Source: Candidatus Omnitrophota bacterium
GTDB taxonomy: Bacteria > Omnitrophota > Gorgyraeia > Duberdicusellales > Duberdicusellaceae
Assembly (NCBI GenBank): GCA_016932855.1
Contig: JAFGCB010000025.1
Span: forward strand, 118,987 to 182,986
Direction: 5' to 3'
DNA length: 64,000 nt
The notes under the pieces were generated by a model, which searched no databases, had not been told where the DNA came from, and saw nothing but the letters and a program-made list of their open reading frames with translations. Of the stretch, positions 19,510-29,345 are shown piece after piece; position 1 is the first letter of the stretch; each line of letters opens with the position of its first letter. A program made the position numbers and the translations under genes.

Positions 19510-22137
19510 ATGGATACCAACAAGTTAAGGAATGAATTCCTTTCTTTTTTTGAGTCCAAGGGTCACAGAATTATCAGGTCGGATTCTTTGGTTCCTAAAG
19601 AGGATCCGACTTTGCTTTTTACTTCCGCCGGAATGAATCAGTTCAAAGATTATTTTTTAGGCAAGAAGAAAGATATAAAACGCGCCGCGAGTTGTCAGAG
19701 GTGTCTGCGTACGGGAGATTTAGACCGGGTGGGAGTTACCCCTTATCATCACACATTTTTTGAAATGCTGGGAAATTTTTCTTTCGGCGATTATTTTAAA
19801 CAGGATTCTATTGTTTGGGCTTGGGAATTCTTGACTAAACGTCTGAATCTAAAAGAAAAAGATCTTTGGGTTTCGGTTTATCAAGATGACGACGAGGCTT
19901 ACGGTATTTGGCAGACGCAGATTCAGGTAGTTCCGGAAAAAATATCGCGATTCGGCCCCCAGGACAATTTTTGGCCGGCTAACGCTTTGCTTGACGGTCC
20001 CAACGGACCTTGCGGGCCGTGTTCCGAGATATTTTTTGATTGGGGCGTCGACAGAGGGTGTCAGAAGCCGGAGTGCAATCCTTCTTGTAGCTGTGGCCGT
20101 TTCGTTGAAATTTGGAATTTAGTGTTTACTCAGTTCAATCGCGTAGGCGTTAATGAGACGCAGCCGCTCCCTTTCAATAACATTGATACTGGCATGGGTC
20201 TTGAGCGGATGAGCTCGGTTTTGCAGGGTAAAGCCAGCAATTTTGAAATCGATATCTTTCAGCCGATAGTAGATCAAGTCAAGGCATTTATGAAAACCAA
20301 AGATTCCCGCTCAGTTCGGGCAATTGCCGACCACGTTAGGGCTGTTGTTTTTGCTATATCGGACGGGGTTTATCCCTCGAACGAGGATCGGGGCTATGTT
20401 ATAAGACGAATCTTGCGCCGGGCGTTATGGTTTGGTTTTAGCTTGGGCCGAAAGAAGCCGTTTTTATACGATTTAGTCGCTGCGGTGTCTGAGACTATGA
20501 AGCAAGCCTATCCGGAAGTCTGCCGCAAGAGCGATATTATTTCTCAGGTTATCCGGGCAGAAGAAGAAAGATTTCTCAATACTTTGGATAAGGGAAAACA
20601 GGTCCTTAGCTCATATATTGCTGAGGCTGTGCAGGATAAAAAAGACCTTATTTCCGCAGAAGAGGTTTTTACGCTTTATGATACATACGGATTTCCCTAC
20701 GAACTTACGGAAAGCATCCTAAAGCAGAAGGGGTTAAAAAGCGATTTTGCTGGCTTTGAGGAATTGCTGGAAAAACAGCGTAAATCTTCGCGTCAACGGA
20801 GCAAGTTTCAGGAAGGAGTGTTTACCAGCGACGCATTCTTAAATCGGCGTTGTGAATTTATAGGGTATGACATAAGCGGGCAGGAAATAAGTGTAAAGGT
20901 TAAAGATGTACTTAGCTTTGGCGACGAAACAAAGCGTGGCCTTGTTTTGGATAAAACACCGTTTTATTTTACTTCCGGCGGCCAGCTTAGCGATAAGGGA
21001 ATTATAAGGAATGCGGTCGGGGAAAACTCTTTTATTTTCCAGGTAGAGGACGTGGATAAAATCGGAGATTGCCTGGTACATAAAGGAGTATTTATTTCAG
21101 GCGACTTGGCTGACGCCGTTGACACCGACTTAAAGGCTGTGGCTATTGTTGATATGGCGCGGCGCAGGGCCTTGGCCCGGGCTCACACTTCAACCCATCT
21201 TTTGCAGGCCGCTTTACGTAAAGTCTTAGGCGCTCATGTGCAACAGCAGGGTTCTTTAGTTGACGAGGATTATTTTAGATTTGATTTTACTCATTTCAAA
21301 GGCTTAAGCCAAGAGGAGATTATCGTAGTTGAAAAAGAGGTAAACAGCTATATATTGGACGATTTCCCGGTTGAGAAGGTAATCCTGTCGCTTGCGGAAG
21401 CAAAAAAGCAAGGGGCCCTTGCTTTTTTTGAAGAAAAATACGAGGAGCAGGTCAGGGTCGTAAAAATATCCTCGGTAAGTAAAGAACTTTGCGGCGGCAT
21501 ACACTTGGCGCGCACTTCGCAAGCAGGTTCATTTTTTATTATTTCCGAAAGCTCGATAAGTAGCGGCATAAGACGGGTCGAGGCGGTTACGGGAAAAAAG
21601 GCTTATAGTTTAGCCGCCAAAAAAAATGAAATACTTTTATCGGCTGGCGCAATGCTTAAAACCGCCCCGGAAGGCATACAGAAGTCTCTTAATGCCCTCG
21701 TTGCTAAAAACAAGGAATATTCGAAAACCTTGAATAATTTGCGAAAAAAGATATTCGAAAACAGCGAAGCCCGGGTTCTTCTTAACCAAAAGAGCTGTTT
21801 GGTCAAAGATAAGAAGCTTGTAATTTTTGAATTAAAAGACAGCGACACTGAATTTTTACGGCAATCCCTTGATATTTTACGAAAGAAGGCGAAAGATAAA
21901 ACAATTATTTTGGGTTTTATCCAGGATGCCGATAAATTAACCTTAAATATTTCTTGCACAAAAGATTTGTTGATTGCAGGTTTTTCCTGTAAAATCGTTG
22001 CTTCTGCGATATCAGAAAGATTAGGCGGTTCAGGAGGCGGCAGGGATGATTTCGGATTTGCCGGGGCAAAAGGCTTAAAGAATATATCCGAGGAAAAAAT
22101 TAAAGAGCTGAGTATAGAAATCCTCGGAAATTACTGA
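19510..22137 (+). CDS. alaS: alanine--tRNA ligase
   Basis: 875 aa; F..FF..KGH....S.SL.P..DPTLLFT.AGM.QFK class-II core, editing domain (HTSTHLL), C-terminal DHHA1-like domain. Confidence 0.96.
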   Translation: MDTNKLRNEFLSFFESKGHRIIRSDSLVPKEDPTLLFTSAGMNQFKDYFLGKKKDIKRAASCQRCLRTGDLDRVGVTPYHHTFFEMLGNFSFGDYFKQDSIVWAWEFLTKRLNLKEKDLWVSVYQDDDEAYGIWQTQIQVVPEKISRFGPQDNFWPANALLDGPNGPCGPCSEIFFDWGVDRGCQKPECNPSCSCGRFVEIWNLVFTQFNRVGVNETQPLPFNNIDTGMGLERMSSVLQGKASNFEIDIFQPIVDQVKAFMKTKDSRSVRAIADHVRAVVFAISDGVYPSNEDRGYVIRRILRRALWFGFSLGRKKPFLYDLVAAVSETMKQAYPEVCRKSDIISQVIRAEEERFLNTLDKGKQVLSSYIAEAVQDKKDLISAEEVFTLYDTYGFPYELTESILKQKGLKSDFAGFEELLEKQRKSSRQRSKFQEGVFTSDAFLNRRCEFIGYDISGQEISVKVKDVLSFGDETKRGLVLDKTPFYFTSGGQLSDKGIIRNAVGENSFIFQVEDVDKIGDCLVHKGVFISGDLADAVDTDLKAVAIVDMARRRALARAHTSTHLLQAALRKVLGAHVQQQGSLVDEDYFRFDFTHFKGLSQEEIIVVEKEVNSYILDDFPVEKVILSLAEAKKQGALAFFEEKYEEQVRVVKISSVSKELCGGIHLARTSQAGSFFIISESSISSGIRRVEAVTGKKAYSLAAKKNEILLSAGAMLKTAPEGIQKSLNALVAKNKEYSKTLNNLRKKIFENSEARVLLNQKSCLVKDKKLVIFELKDSDTEFLRQSLDILRKKAKDKTIILGFIQDADKLTLNISCTKDLLIAGFSCKIVASAISERLGGSGGGRDDFGFAGAKGLKNISEEKIKELSIEILGNY

Positions 22138-22141
22138 AGAT

Positions 22142-23365
22142 ATGAAAGTTATAAAAGCTAACTCGAAAAGCTTTCGCAAAATAGTTGACCGCAACGGGAA
22201 CATAAAACGCAGGATTTCCAAAAAAGTCTCAAGAATAATTGATGATATCCGGGTCAAGAAAGACTTGGGACTTATCGAATATACAAAGAAATTTGATAAG
22301 GTTAAATTGCAGCCCCGGGATTTGCAAGTAAGTGAACGGGAAATTAACGCTTCGTTTCAGGATTTGGATTCATCTCTCATATTATCGCTTAAAGCGGTTA
22401 TGGAAAATTTATTCAAATTTTACAGACGGCAGTCACCTAAAAATTTCAAATTCAAGACCGAGGATGGAACGAAAATAGAGGAAAGATATATGCCGCTGGA
22501 ACGCGTGGGAATATATATTCCCGGCGGGCAAGCCCCTTTGGTTTCTTCGGTGTATATGTGCGGGGTCCCCGCTATAGTCGCCGGCGTAAAAGAGATAGTC
22601 GTTGCTTCACCGCCTGATTCCCGGGGTTTTATAAATCCCTATATTTTAGCCACGGCTTCAATTTTGAAAATAAAAGAAGTTTATAAAGTCGGAGGGGCCC
22701 AAGCCATAGCCGGTCTTGCTTTGGGGACGGAAACGATCGCCAAAGTCGACAAGATAGTCGGCCCGGGCAACGAATACGTAACCGAAGCTAAAAGGCAGCT
22801 TTTCGGAGTCGCTGGCATTGATATGCTGGCCGGACCTTCGGAGGTAGTAATTGTTGCCGGAAGAAAAGCCAATCCCGAGTATATTATTAAAGACTTGGAA
22901 GCTCAGACCGAACACAGATCCGGCCTGGGCATTGTCATAACTTTAAGCAAGTCTCTTTTCAAGCAATTAAGAAAAACTAATATTAGGAACGCCTATTTAA
23001 TCTCCGTTAAGAATCTCGAAGAAGCAATTTATCTGGTGAATAAAATCGCCCCCGAGCATTTAGAGGTCATGCTTCGCAGTTCGGCGAAGTTTATTAAAAA
23101 GCTGCGTCATTGTGGAGCGGTATTCTTAGGAGACTACTCCCCGGTATCCCTAGGCGATTATGTTGCCGGACCTAGTCACGTGCTTCCGACCGGCGGAACC
23201 GCCCGCTTTTTTTCCGGGCTGTCGGTATATGATTTTCTCAAGCGTACACATGTTGTTTCCTATTCAAAAAAAGCCCTGGTAAAAGATTTTGAGGCTTTGG
23301 AGAAAGTCGCGAATTTAGAAGGAATGAAAAAACATATCGATAGCGTTAAAATTCGAATAAGCTAG
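22142..23365 (+). CDS. hisD: histidinol dehydrogenase
   Basis: 407 aa; HisD family (GIYIPGG.APL.SSV.M...PA.VAG, GP.H.LPT.G.ARF.SGLSV.DF). Confidence 0.9.
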   Translation: MKVIKANSKSFRKIVDRNGNIKRRISKKVSRIIDDIRVKKDLGLIEYTKKFDKVKLQPRDLQVSEREINASFQDLDSSLILSLKAVMENLFKFYRRQSPKNFKFKTEDGTKIEERYMPLERVGIYIPGGQAPLVSSVYMCGVPAIVAGVKEIVVASPPDSRGFINPYILATASILKIKEVYKVGGAQAIAGLALGTETIAKVDKIVGPGNEYVTEAKRQLFGVAGIDMLAGPSEVVIVAGRKANPEYIIKDLEAQTEHRSGLGIVITLSKSLFKQLRKTNIRNAYLISVKNLEEAIYLVNKIAPEHLEVMLRSSAKFIKKLRHCGAVFLGDYSPVSLGDYVAGPSHVLPTGGTARFFSGLSVYDFLKRTHVVSYSKKALVKDFEALEKVANLEGMKKHIDSVKIRIS

Positions 23366-23380
23366 TCAAAAGGAGAAGAC

Positions 23381-23968
23381 ATGAGAAAAGCCGTTATCAA
23401 ACGTAAAACAACGGAAACCGCCATTGATGCCGAGCTTATTATTGAAGGATCTGGTAATTTTAAAATATCTACTCAAATAGCTTTTTTGGATCACATGCTT
23501 TGTTTGCTTTCAAAGCATGGACTTTTTGATTTGAAATTAAAGGCTAAAGGTGATTTAGAGGTAGATTTTCACCATACCAATGAAGACGTGGGCATCGTCT
23601 TAGGTCAAGCCTTAAATAAAGCACTCAAAAGCAAAAAAGGCATACGGAGATTCGGAGCGGCCTTCTCTGTACTAGATGAAGCGCAGGTGCGGGTGGTTGT
23701 CGACATAAGCGGAAGGCCTTATTTAGATATCGCTGTTTTGTCGCCGATAAAATCCCCCAAGGAAGGATATACTTTTAATTATTTTGAGCAATTTTTACGG
23801 GCTTTCGTTCATGCCGCGTCAATTACCCTTCATGTCGATGTGTTAAAAGGCCGGGATTTACATCATATTCTTGAGTGTTGTTTCAAGGCTTTGGGTCTGG
23901 CTTTAGATGAAGCCACATCAATAGATAAGCGAAAGAAAGGATTACCTACCACCAAAGGAAAGCTTTGA
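23381..23968 (+). CDS. hisB: imidazoleglycerol-phosphate dehydratase
   Basis: 195 aa; R.T.ET.I...L...G.G...I.TGI.FLDHML, duplicated H..E motifs of IGPD. Confidence 0.9.
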   Translation: MRKAVIKRKTTETAIDAELIIEGSGNFKISTQIAFLDHMLCLLSKHGLFDLKLKAKGDLEVDFHHTNEDVGIVLGQALNKALKSKKGIRRFGAAFSVLDEAQVRVVVDISGRPYLDIAVLSPIKSPKEGYTFNYFEQFLRAFVHAASITLHVDVLKGRDLHHILECCFKALGLALDEATSIDKRKKGLPTTKGKL

Positions 23969-24675
23969 TAGTCATACCGGCAATCGATTTAATGGATAAA
24001 AAGGTGGTTAGGCTTCTTCGCGGCTCGTCTCAGAAAAAAACAATTTATTCTGATGATCCAGTTGAAGTCGCCGGCAGATTTCAAAGCCAGGGGGCTCGAC
24101 TTGTGCATCTGGTGGATCTAGATGCCGCTTTTGGTCAGGGCAATAATTTTGAATCGATAAAAGAAGTTGTTGCCAGCCTCAATATTGATGTTCAAGTCGG
24201 GGGCGGCATAAGGACCCCGGAGTATGCTCATAAACTTATCGATGCGGGAGTAAAAAGGATTGTCGTAAGCACCAAGGCTATCCAAAATAGCCGCTTCTTA
24301 AATCTTCTTTACCAGAGCTTTGCCGATAGGCTTGTTATAAGTCTGGATGTACGAAACGGTAAATTAGCCATAGAAGGATGGCGGCAATCATCTTGCCAGG
24401 AGCCTTTACCTTTTATCCGAGAACAAGAACGCAAGGGTCTTAAATGGCTGGTTTATACGGATATATCCCGCGACGGGACACTTGAAGGGTTAAATTTTAA
24501 GGCAATTAAAGCTTTAAAAGAAGAAACCTCTATAGGAATCATTGCCTCCGGGGGGGTGGCGAGTCTGGAAGATATAAAAAAAGCTAATTCCTTGGGAGTC
24601 TGGGGGGTTATTGTCGGTAAGGCCTTGTATGAAGAAAAATTTACTTTAAAGGAGGCGTTAAAGACTTTATCATGA
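23965..24675 (+). CDS. hisA: 1-(5-phosphoribosyl)-5-[(5-phosphoribosylamino)methylideneamino]imidazole-4-carboxamide isomerase
   Basis: 236 aa; (beta/alpha)8 HisA/HisF family, IPAIDL..G..VRL N-terminus, VQVGGGIR, GG..S..D; assigned HisA rather than HisF by the start motif; overlaps the hisB stop. Confidence 0.8.
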   Translation: MIVIPAIDLMDKKVVRLLRGSSQKKTIYSDDPVEVAGRFQSQGARLVHLVDLDAAFGQGNNFESIKEVVASLNIDVQVGGGIRTPEYAHKLIDAGVKRIVVSTKAIQNSRFLNLLYQSFADRLVISLDVRNGKLAIEGWRQSSCQEPLPFIREQERKGLKWLVYTDISRDGTLEGLNFKAIKALKEETSIGIIASGGVASLEDIKKANSLGVWGVIVGKALYEEKFTLKEALKTLS

Positions 24676-25010
24676 GTAAAAGACTAGGAAAAAATACCCG
24701 GATACCGCGTCTAAAATATGATGAAAAAGGGCTTATACCTGCGATCATTCAGGATTATAAAACTAAACAAGTCTTGATGCTCGCTTACATGAACCGTCAA
24801 TCGTTAAAGATTTCCCTGAAGGAGGCAAGGACTTGCTTTTATTCTCGTTCCCGAAAAGTTTTGTGGAGGAAAGGCTCTACCTCCGGAAATATCCAGAAGA
24901 TAAAAGCTGTTTATTACGACTGCGACAAAGACACCCTTCTTGTAAAGGTTATTCAGAAGGGGGGAGCTTGTCACACCGGCAATAAAACCTGCTTTTACAG
25001 AAAAATTTAG
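24672..25010 (+). CDS. hisI: phosphoribosyl-AMP cyclohydrolase
   Basis: 112 aa; GLIPAI.QD..T..VLMLAYMN..SL..... and C.YD.D.D.LL.KV.Q.G.ACHTG...CF HisI signature. Confidence 0.88.
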   Translation: MSKRLGKNTRIPRLKYDEKGLIPAIIQDYKTKQVLMLAYMNRQSLKISLKEARTCFYSRSRKVLWRKGSTSGNIQKIKAVYYDCDKDTLLVKVIQKGGACHTGNKTCFYRKI

Positions 25011-25013
25011 TTT

Positions 25014-26510
25014 ATGAATATTTCAATTGATTTAAAACCGAGCAGAGAAGAGTTTATTAAAATATCCGGCAGGTTTAATGTGATACCTTTATCAGCAGAG
25101 CTGGGAGATGACTTCATTAGTCCAATCCAGCTCTATTCCAAGCTGAAGGATAAAAGTCACAGTTTTTTATTGGAGTCGGTGGAAGGCGAAGAGAAGATCT
25201 CCCGGTTCTCGTTCGTGGGATTTAATCCTTTATACGTCTTTAAGAGCAAAGCGGATTCAATTGAAATAAACGATTTAACTCTCGGGTCTCGCAAGCATTT
25301 CAAGACTTCACTTGATCCCCTGGAGGAACTTAAGAAACTCATGAGCAGGTTCAAGGTTTTTTCGTCAAAGGATTTGAGGTTTCCCGGGGGATTCGTGGGA
25401 TATCTAGGTTATGACAACATCCGCTTTTTTGAGCCGGTTCTAAATAAAAATTCACGGATTAAAGATGCCGAAAGTATATTTGTGTTTTGCAAATACCTTT
25501 GCGTATTCGACCATAAAGAAAAAAATATCCGTATTATTTCGTTTGTGGTTCTGCCCGAAGATATCAATAAAAATAAGCTTACGTCCGTATATGCGGCAGA
25601 GACGGAAAAGTTAAAAAAAGTCATCCGGTCGTTCTATTCCCATAGCCGTCTTGTACCGATCGGACTGGGACGAAAGACAAAGCTTTTAAGGTATAAATCA
25701 AATATTTCTAAGAAAGATTTTATGGCGCAGGTAATGCGGGCTAAAGAATATATCAAGAAAGGTGACATTATACAAGTTGTTCTCTCTCAGAGACTTGAAG
25801 TAAATTATTCCAGGGATCCTTTTGACATCTACCGCTATTTGCGCATTCTTAATCCTTCGGCCTACATGTACTATATTAATTTTAAAGATGTAAAAATTAT
25901 CGGCGCTTCCCCAGAGATGCTTCTGCGCTGCGAGAATGAAGTCCTGATTACTCGTCCCATAGCCGGAACCCGGCCCAGGAATTCAAACGATCAAAAGGAC
26001 GTTCTCTTAGAGAAAGATTTACTGAAGGACCCCAAAGAAAAAGCCGAGCATATTATGCTCGTGGATTTAGGCCGCAATGATTTAGGCAGAGTTTCCCGTA
26101 AAGGAAAGGTGTCGGTCCCGATATTTATGAAAATCGAAAGATTTTCCCATGTCATGCATATTGTTAGCGAAGTCAGAGGCTTTATGGATAAAAAGAAGGA
26201 TGTTTTTTCCGCTCTCAGATCCTGTTTTCCTGCTGGAACTGTAAGTGGCGCTCCCAAGATAAGAGCGATGCAGATAATTGATGAACTTGAAAAAACCTCC
26301 CGTCGCATCTACGCCGGTTGCGTTGGATATTTTTCGTTTACAGGCAACCTTGATACCGCTATAATTATCCGTACTATTGTCTTGCGGAAAAAGAAAGCCT
26401 ATGTTCAGGCTGGCGCGGGCATAGTTTTAGATTCGAAGCCAGAAAAAGAATATTTCGAAACATTAAATAAAGCTAAGGCGCAATTATTGGCGCTGCAATT
26501 AGCAAGTTGA
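25014..26510 (+). CDS. trpE: anthranilate/aminodeoxychorismate synthase component I (chorismate-binding enzyme)
   Basis: 498 aa; chorismate-binding C-terminal domain (PIAGTRPR, ML.DL.RND, GAPK..AM..I...E...R..Y.G..GY); TrpE versus PabB cannot be resolved here. Confidence 0.8.
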   Translation: MNISIDLKPSREEFIKISGRFNVIPLSAELGDDFISPIQLYSKLKDKSHSFLLESVEGEEKISRFSFVGFNPLYVFKSKADSIEINDLTLGSRKHFKTSLDPLEELKKLMSRFKVFSSKDLRFPGGFVGYLGYDNIRFFEPVLNKNSRIKDAESIFVFCKYLCVFDHKEKNIRIISFVVLPEDINKNKLTSVYAAETEKLKKVIRSFYSHSRLVPIGLGRKTKLLRYKSNISKKDFMAQVMRAKEYIKKGDIIQVVLSQRLEVNYSRDPFDIYRYLRILNPSAYMYYINFKDVKIIGASPEMLLRCENEVLITRPIAGTRPRNSNDQKDVLLEKDLLKDPKEKAEHIMLVDLGRNDLGRVSRKGKVSVPIFMKIERFSHVMHIVSEVRGFMDKKKDVFSALRSCFPAGTVSGAPKIRAMQIIDELEKTSRRIYAGCVGYFSFTGNLDTAIIIRTIVLRKKKAYVQAGAGIVLDSKPEKEYFETLNKAKAQLLALQLAS

Positions 26511-26602
26511 TATAATCCGGTGATTTAGATAAGATATCCTGGACATTAGGTGTCCGCGATATTAATTTCCCGCCGTGGCGGGGTTATTGAGGAGGTATAT
26601 TT

Positions 26603-26866
26603 ATGGCTTTGGTGATTCGTTTAAGAAAACCCGGTAAATCTGTAAAAAGACATTATCATTACAAAATTGTAGTTGATGAAAAACGCAGCAAAAAAGAAGG
26701 CCGATTCTTGGCTCAGGTTGGTTACTATGACCCTTCCAAGAATCCTAAGATTATCCAGGTCGATCTGGATAAATACCAGGAGTGGATTAAAAAAGGAGCC
26801 TTGCCTACGGAGACTGTAAAGGAATTAGCCAAGAAATTCGGAAAATTAAACAAAAAAGGAGAGTAA
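26603..26866 (+). CDS. rpsP: 30S ribosomal protein S16
   Basis: 87 aa; MALVIRLRK.G.....HY.IVV.....K..GRF...VGYYDP. Confidence 0.9.
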   Translation: MALVIRLRKPGKSVKRHYHYKIVVDEKRSKKEGRFLAQVGYYDPSKNPKIIQVDLDKYQEWIKKGALPTETVKELAKKFGKLNKKGE

Positions 26867-26867
26867 A

Positions 26868-27152
26868 ATGCCGCAAGCACAAGGTCCGGGAATTATAGGA
26901 TTTTTACCCTTAATTTTGATTTTTGTGATTTTTTACGTTCTTATTATTCTACCTCAGCGTAAACAGCAAAAGCAGCATAAGGAAATGATCCAGAATCTTC
27001 AGAAAAATGATGAGGTGGTAACCCTTGGCGGTCTGCACGGGGTCATTGTGAATATTAAAGAAAAAACTTTTTCTTTGCGGGTCGACGACAACACAAAAGT
27101 CGAAATCGATAAGACCGCCGTGTCATATAAGGTATTCAAGGATAAAAAATGA
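26868..27152 (+). CDS. yajC: preprotein translocase subunit YajC
   Basis: 94 aa; single TM followed by a P..K...K......LQ.ND.V.T.GG..G.I YajC core; immediately upstream of secDF. Confidence 0.8.
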   Translation: MPQAQGPGIIGFLPLILIFVIFYVLIILPQRKQQKQHKEMIQNLQKNDEVVTLGGLHGVIVNIKEKTFSLRVDDNTKVEIDKTAVSYKVFKDKK

Positions 27153-29305
27153 TGTATAAGAACTTAGGCTTAAAAACCACGCTTGTTCTGGTTGCGCTCA
27201 TATTAAGCATAATATTGGCTTTTCCGCTTAAGGATAAGATAAATTTAGGCTTAGATTTGGAAGGCGGAATGCATCTGGTCTACAAAGTGGATGTATCGCG
27301 TCTTAAAGATAAGACTGACGCTAAGGGGGCCGCGGAAAGAGCCGTTGAGATTATCAGGAACCGTATCGACGAGCTAGGGGTAAAGGAACCGATAATTCAA
27401 CCTCAAGGGGTAGATAGAATATTAATTCAACTTCCGGGCGTGGTGGATAGAGAAAGGGCCTTGAGTATCATCGGAAGAACTGCCCTGCTTGAATTTAAAT
27501 TAGTCGAAGATGACCCCGAGGCCATAACAAAAAATAAAGAGGCTTTGGATTCCGAGCACGAATTTAAAGACTTGGAGGAAAAAAGACTTCTTCTTAAGAA
27601 AGAAGCTTCTTTAACCGGAGGCGCCTTGACCGACGCTCAAGTTGGCTTTGATTCTTTGGGCTTAAGCTATGTCCTGGTAAAATTTAATTCCGAAGGCTCA
27701 AAATCTTTTGCTAAGCTTACTGAGGCAAGCGTAGGCAAAAGACTGGCTATAGTTTTAGACGGAAAAGTCAAATCTGCGCCGGTAATAAGGGAGCCGATAC
27801 TTTCGGGTCAAGCCCAAATTACAGGGAATTTTTCACCCAGTGAAGCCAAAGATTTATCATTGGTGCTTCGTTCAGGCGCTTTGCCCTGCCCTCTTTACAT
27901 TGAAGAGGAGCGCACGGTAGGACCGCTTTTAGGTGCTGATTCCATCAGGCGGGGCATAAGGGCGACTTTTGTCGGAGCCTGTGGGGTTGCTTTGTTTATG
28001 GCTGTTTACTATCTTTTTGCCGGCTTAATAACCGTGCTTGCTTTAGTTTTTAATTTACTGTTGATTTTAGGGGGTTTAAGTCTTTTAGGCAGCACTCTTA
28101 CGCTTCCCGGCATTGCCGGAATCATTCTTACTTTAGGTATGGCGGTTGACGCCAACGTACTTATTTATGAACGGATCCGTGAAGAATTAACTCTTAAGAA
28201 GCCTTTGGGTCTGGCCGTGCGTCTGGGATACGAAAAGGCCTTTAAGACCATTCTTGATTCAAATGTGACCACTTTGATCGCTGCTCTATTTTTGTTTATT
28301 TTCGGGACCGGGCCGATTAAGGGATTCGGGATAACCTTAATTCTGGGGATTGTGGCTTCGATGTTTACGGCTTTAGTGTTTACAAGGGTTATTTTTGAAT
28401 TTCTTTTATCGCGAAGACTCATTAAAAACTTAAAAATGCTGCGCATAGTCAGAGTCCCCAATTTTAATTTTATCGGAAAAATAAAACTCTGCTTGTTTAT
28501 TTCAGTAGCTTTTATAGTTGCCGGGGGTTTTTACTTCGTAAAGGGAGGTGAATCTATATACGGTATAGATTTTACCGGCGGACAGGTTCAGGAGTATAAG
28601 TTTAAACAGGCGGTTAACCTGGAAGAAATTCGGGCTAGTCTGGTGAATCAAGGGGCAGATGACGTGGTTATTTATAATTTCGTTTCCCAAAATACCATTG
28701 CCATAAAAAGCTCCGAAGACAGATATTCTTTGGTTAAAGCCGCCCTTGACCAAAATTACAAAGGTGAATATGAACTCCTCCGGGTGGAGAAAGTAGGGCC
28801 GGTAGTAGGTAAATTATTGCGCCGAAAAGCAATCTTCGCGCTTGTCTTTGCGATTCTAGGCATTCTTTTATATACCACCTTGCGATTTAAGCATTTTGAT
28901 TTCGGAATCGCAGCTGTGGTGGCATTGTTTCATGATGTAATCATTGCGTTTTCCTTTCTTCTATTTTTTTCTTACAAAATAGACCTTCTTATTGTTACCG
29001 CTTTTCTTACCATTGCCGGTTATTCTATTAATGATACTATCGTTGTCTACGACAGGATTCGAGAACTTTCTGTGCAGATGTCGAAAGAAAAATTACCTCA
29101 GATAATAAACGCCGCTTTAAACCGGACGCTTTCCCGGACCTTAATCACTTCTTTGACGACAATACTGGTCGTGGTTTCGCTGTTTATTTTAGGCAGCCAG
29201 AACTTAAAAGGCCTTTCCTTTTGTCTTCTTGTCGGTTTTATCGTCGGGACATATTCTTCGATATACATAGCCTCGCCTCTGGTAATCCTTCTTCGAAAGA
29301 AATAA
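27149..29305 (+). CDS. secDF: fused protein-export membrane protein SecD/SecF
   Basis: 718 aa; SecD periplasmic domain and 6 TM, followed by a SecF half; a single continuous ORF. Confidence 0.88.
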   Translation: MMYKNLGLKTTLVLVALILSIILAFPLKDKINLGLDLEGGMHLVYKVDVSRLKDKTDAKGAAERAVEIIRNRIDELGVKEPIIQPQGVDRILIQLPGVVDRERALSIIGRTALLEFKLVEDDPEAITKNKEALDSEHEFKDLEEKRLLLKKEASLTGGALTDAQVGFDSLGLSYVLVKFNSEGSKSFAKLTEASVGKRLAIVLDGKVKSAPVIREPILSGQAQITGNFSPSEAKDLSLVLRSGALPCPLYIEEERTVGPLLGADSIRRGIRATFVGACGVALFMAVYYLFAGLITVLALVFNLLLILGGLSLLGSTLTLPGIAGIILTLGMAVDANVLIYERIREELTLKKPLGLAVRLGYEKAFKTILDSNVTTLIAALFLFIFGTGPIKGFGITLILGIVASMFTALVFTRVIFEFLLSRRLIKNLKMLRIVRVPNFNFIGKIKLCLFISVAFIVAGGFYFVKGGESIYGIDFTGGQVQEYKFKQAVNLEEIRASLVNQGADDVVIYNFVSQNTIAIKSSEDRYSLVKAALDQNYKGEYELLRVEKVGPVVGKLLRRKAIFALVFAILGILLYTTLRFKHFDFGIAAVVALFHDVIIAFSFLLFFSYKIDLLIVTAFLTIAGYSINDTIVVYDRIRELSVQMSKEKLPQIINAALNRTLSRTLITSLTTILVVVSLFILGSQNLKGLSFCLLVGFIVGTYSSIYIASPLVILLRKK

Positions 29306-29345
29306 AGGGGCGCAGAATCTATACTGCATAATCAGAAATTAAAGG

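Noticed and set aside
26511-26602. Small hairpins (ggacattaggtgtcc; cccgccgtggcggg) upstream of rpsP
   Set aside because: They are short stems without a following U-tract. A leader-structure role is possible but cannot be supported from sequence alone.
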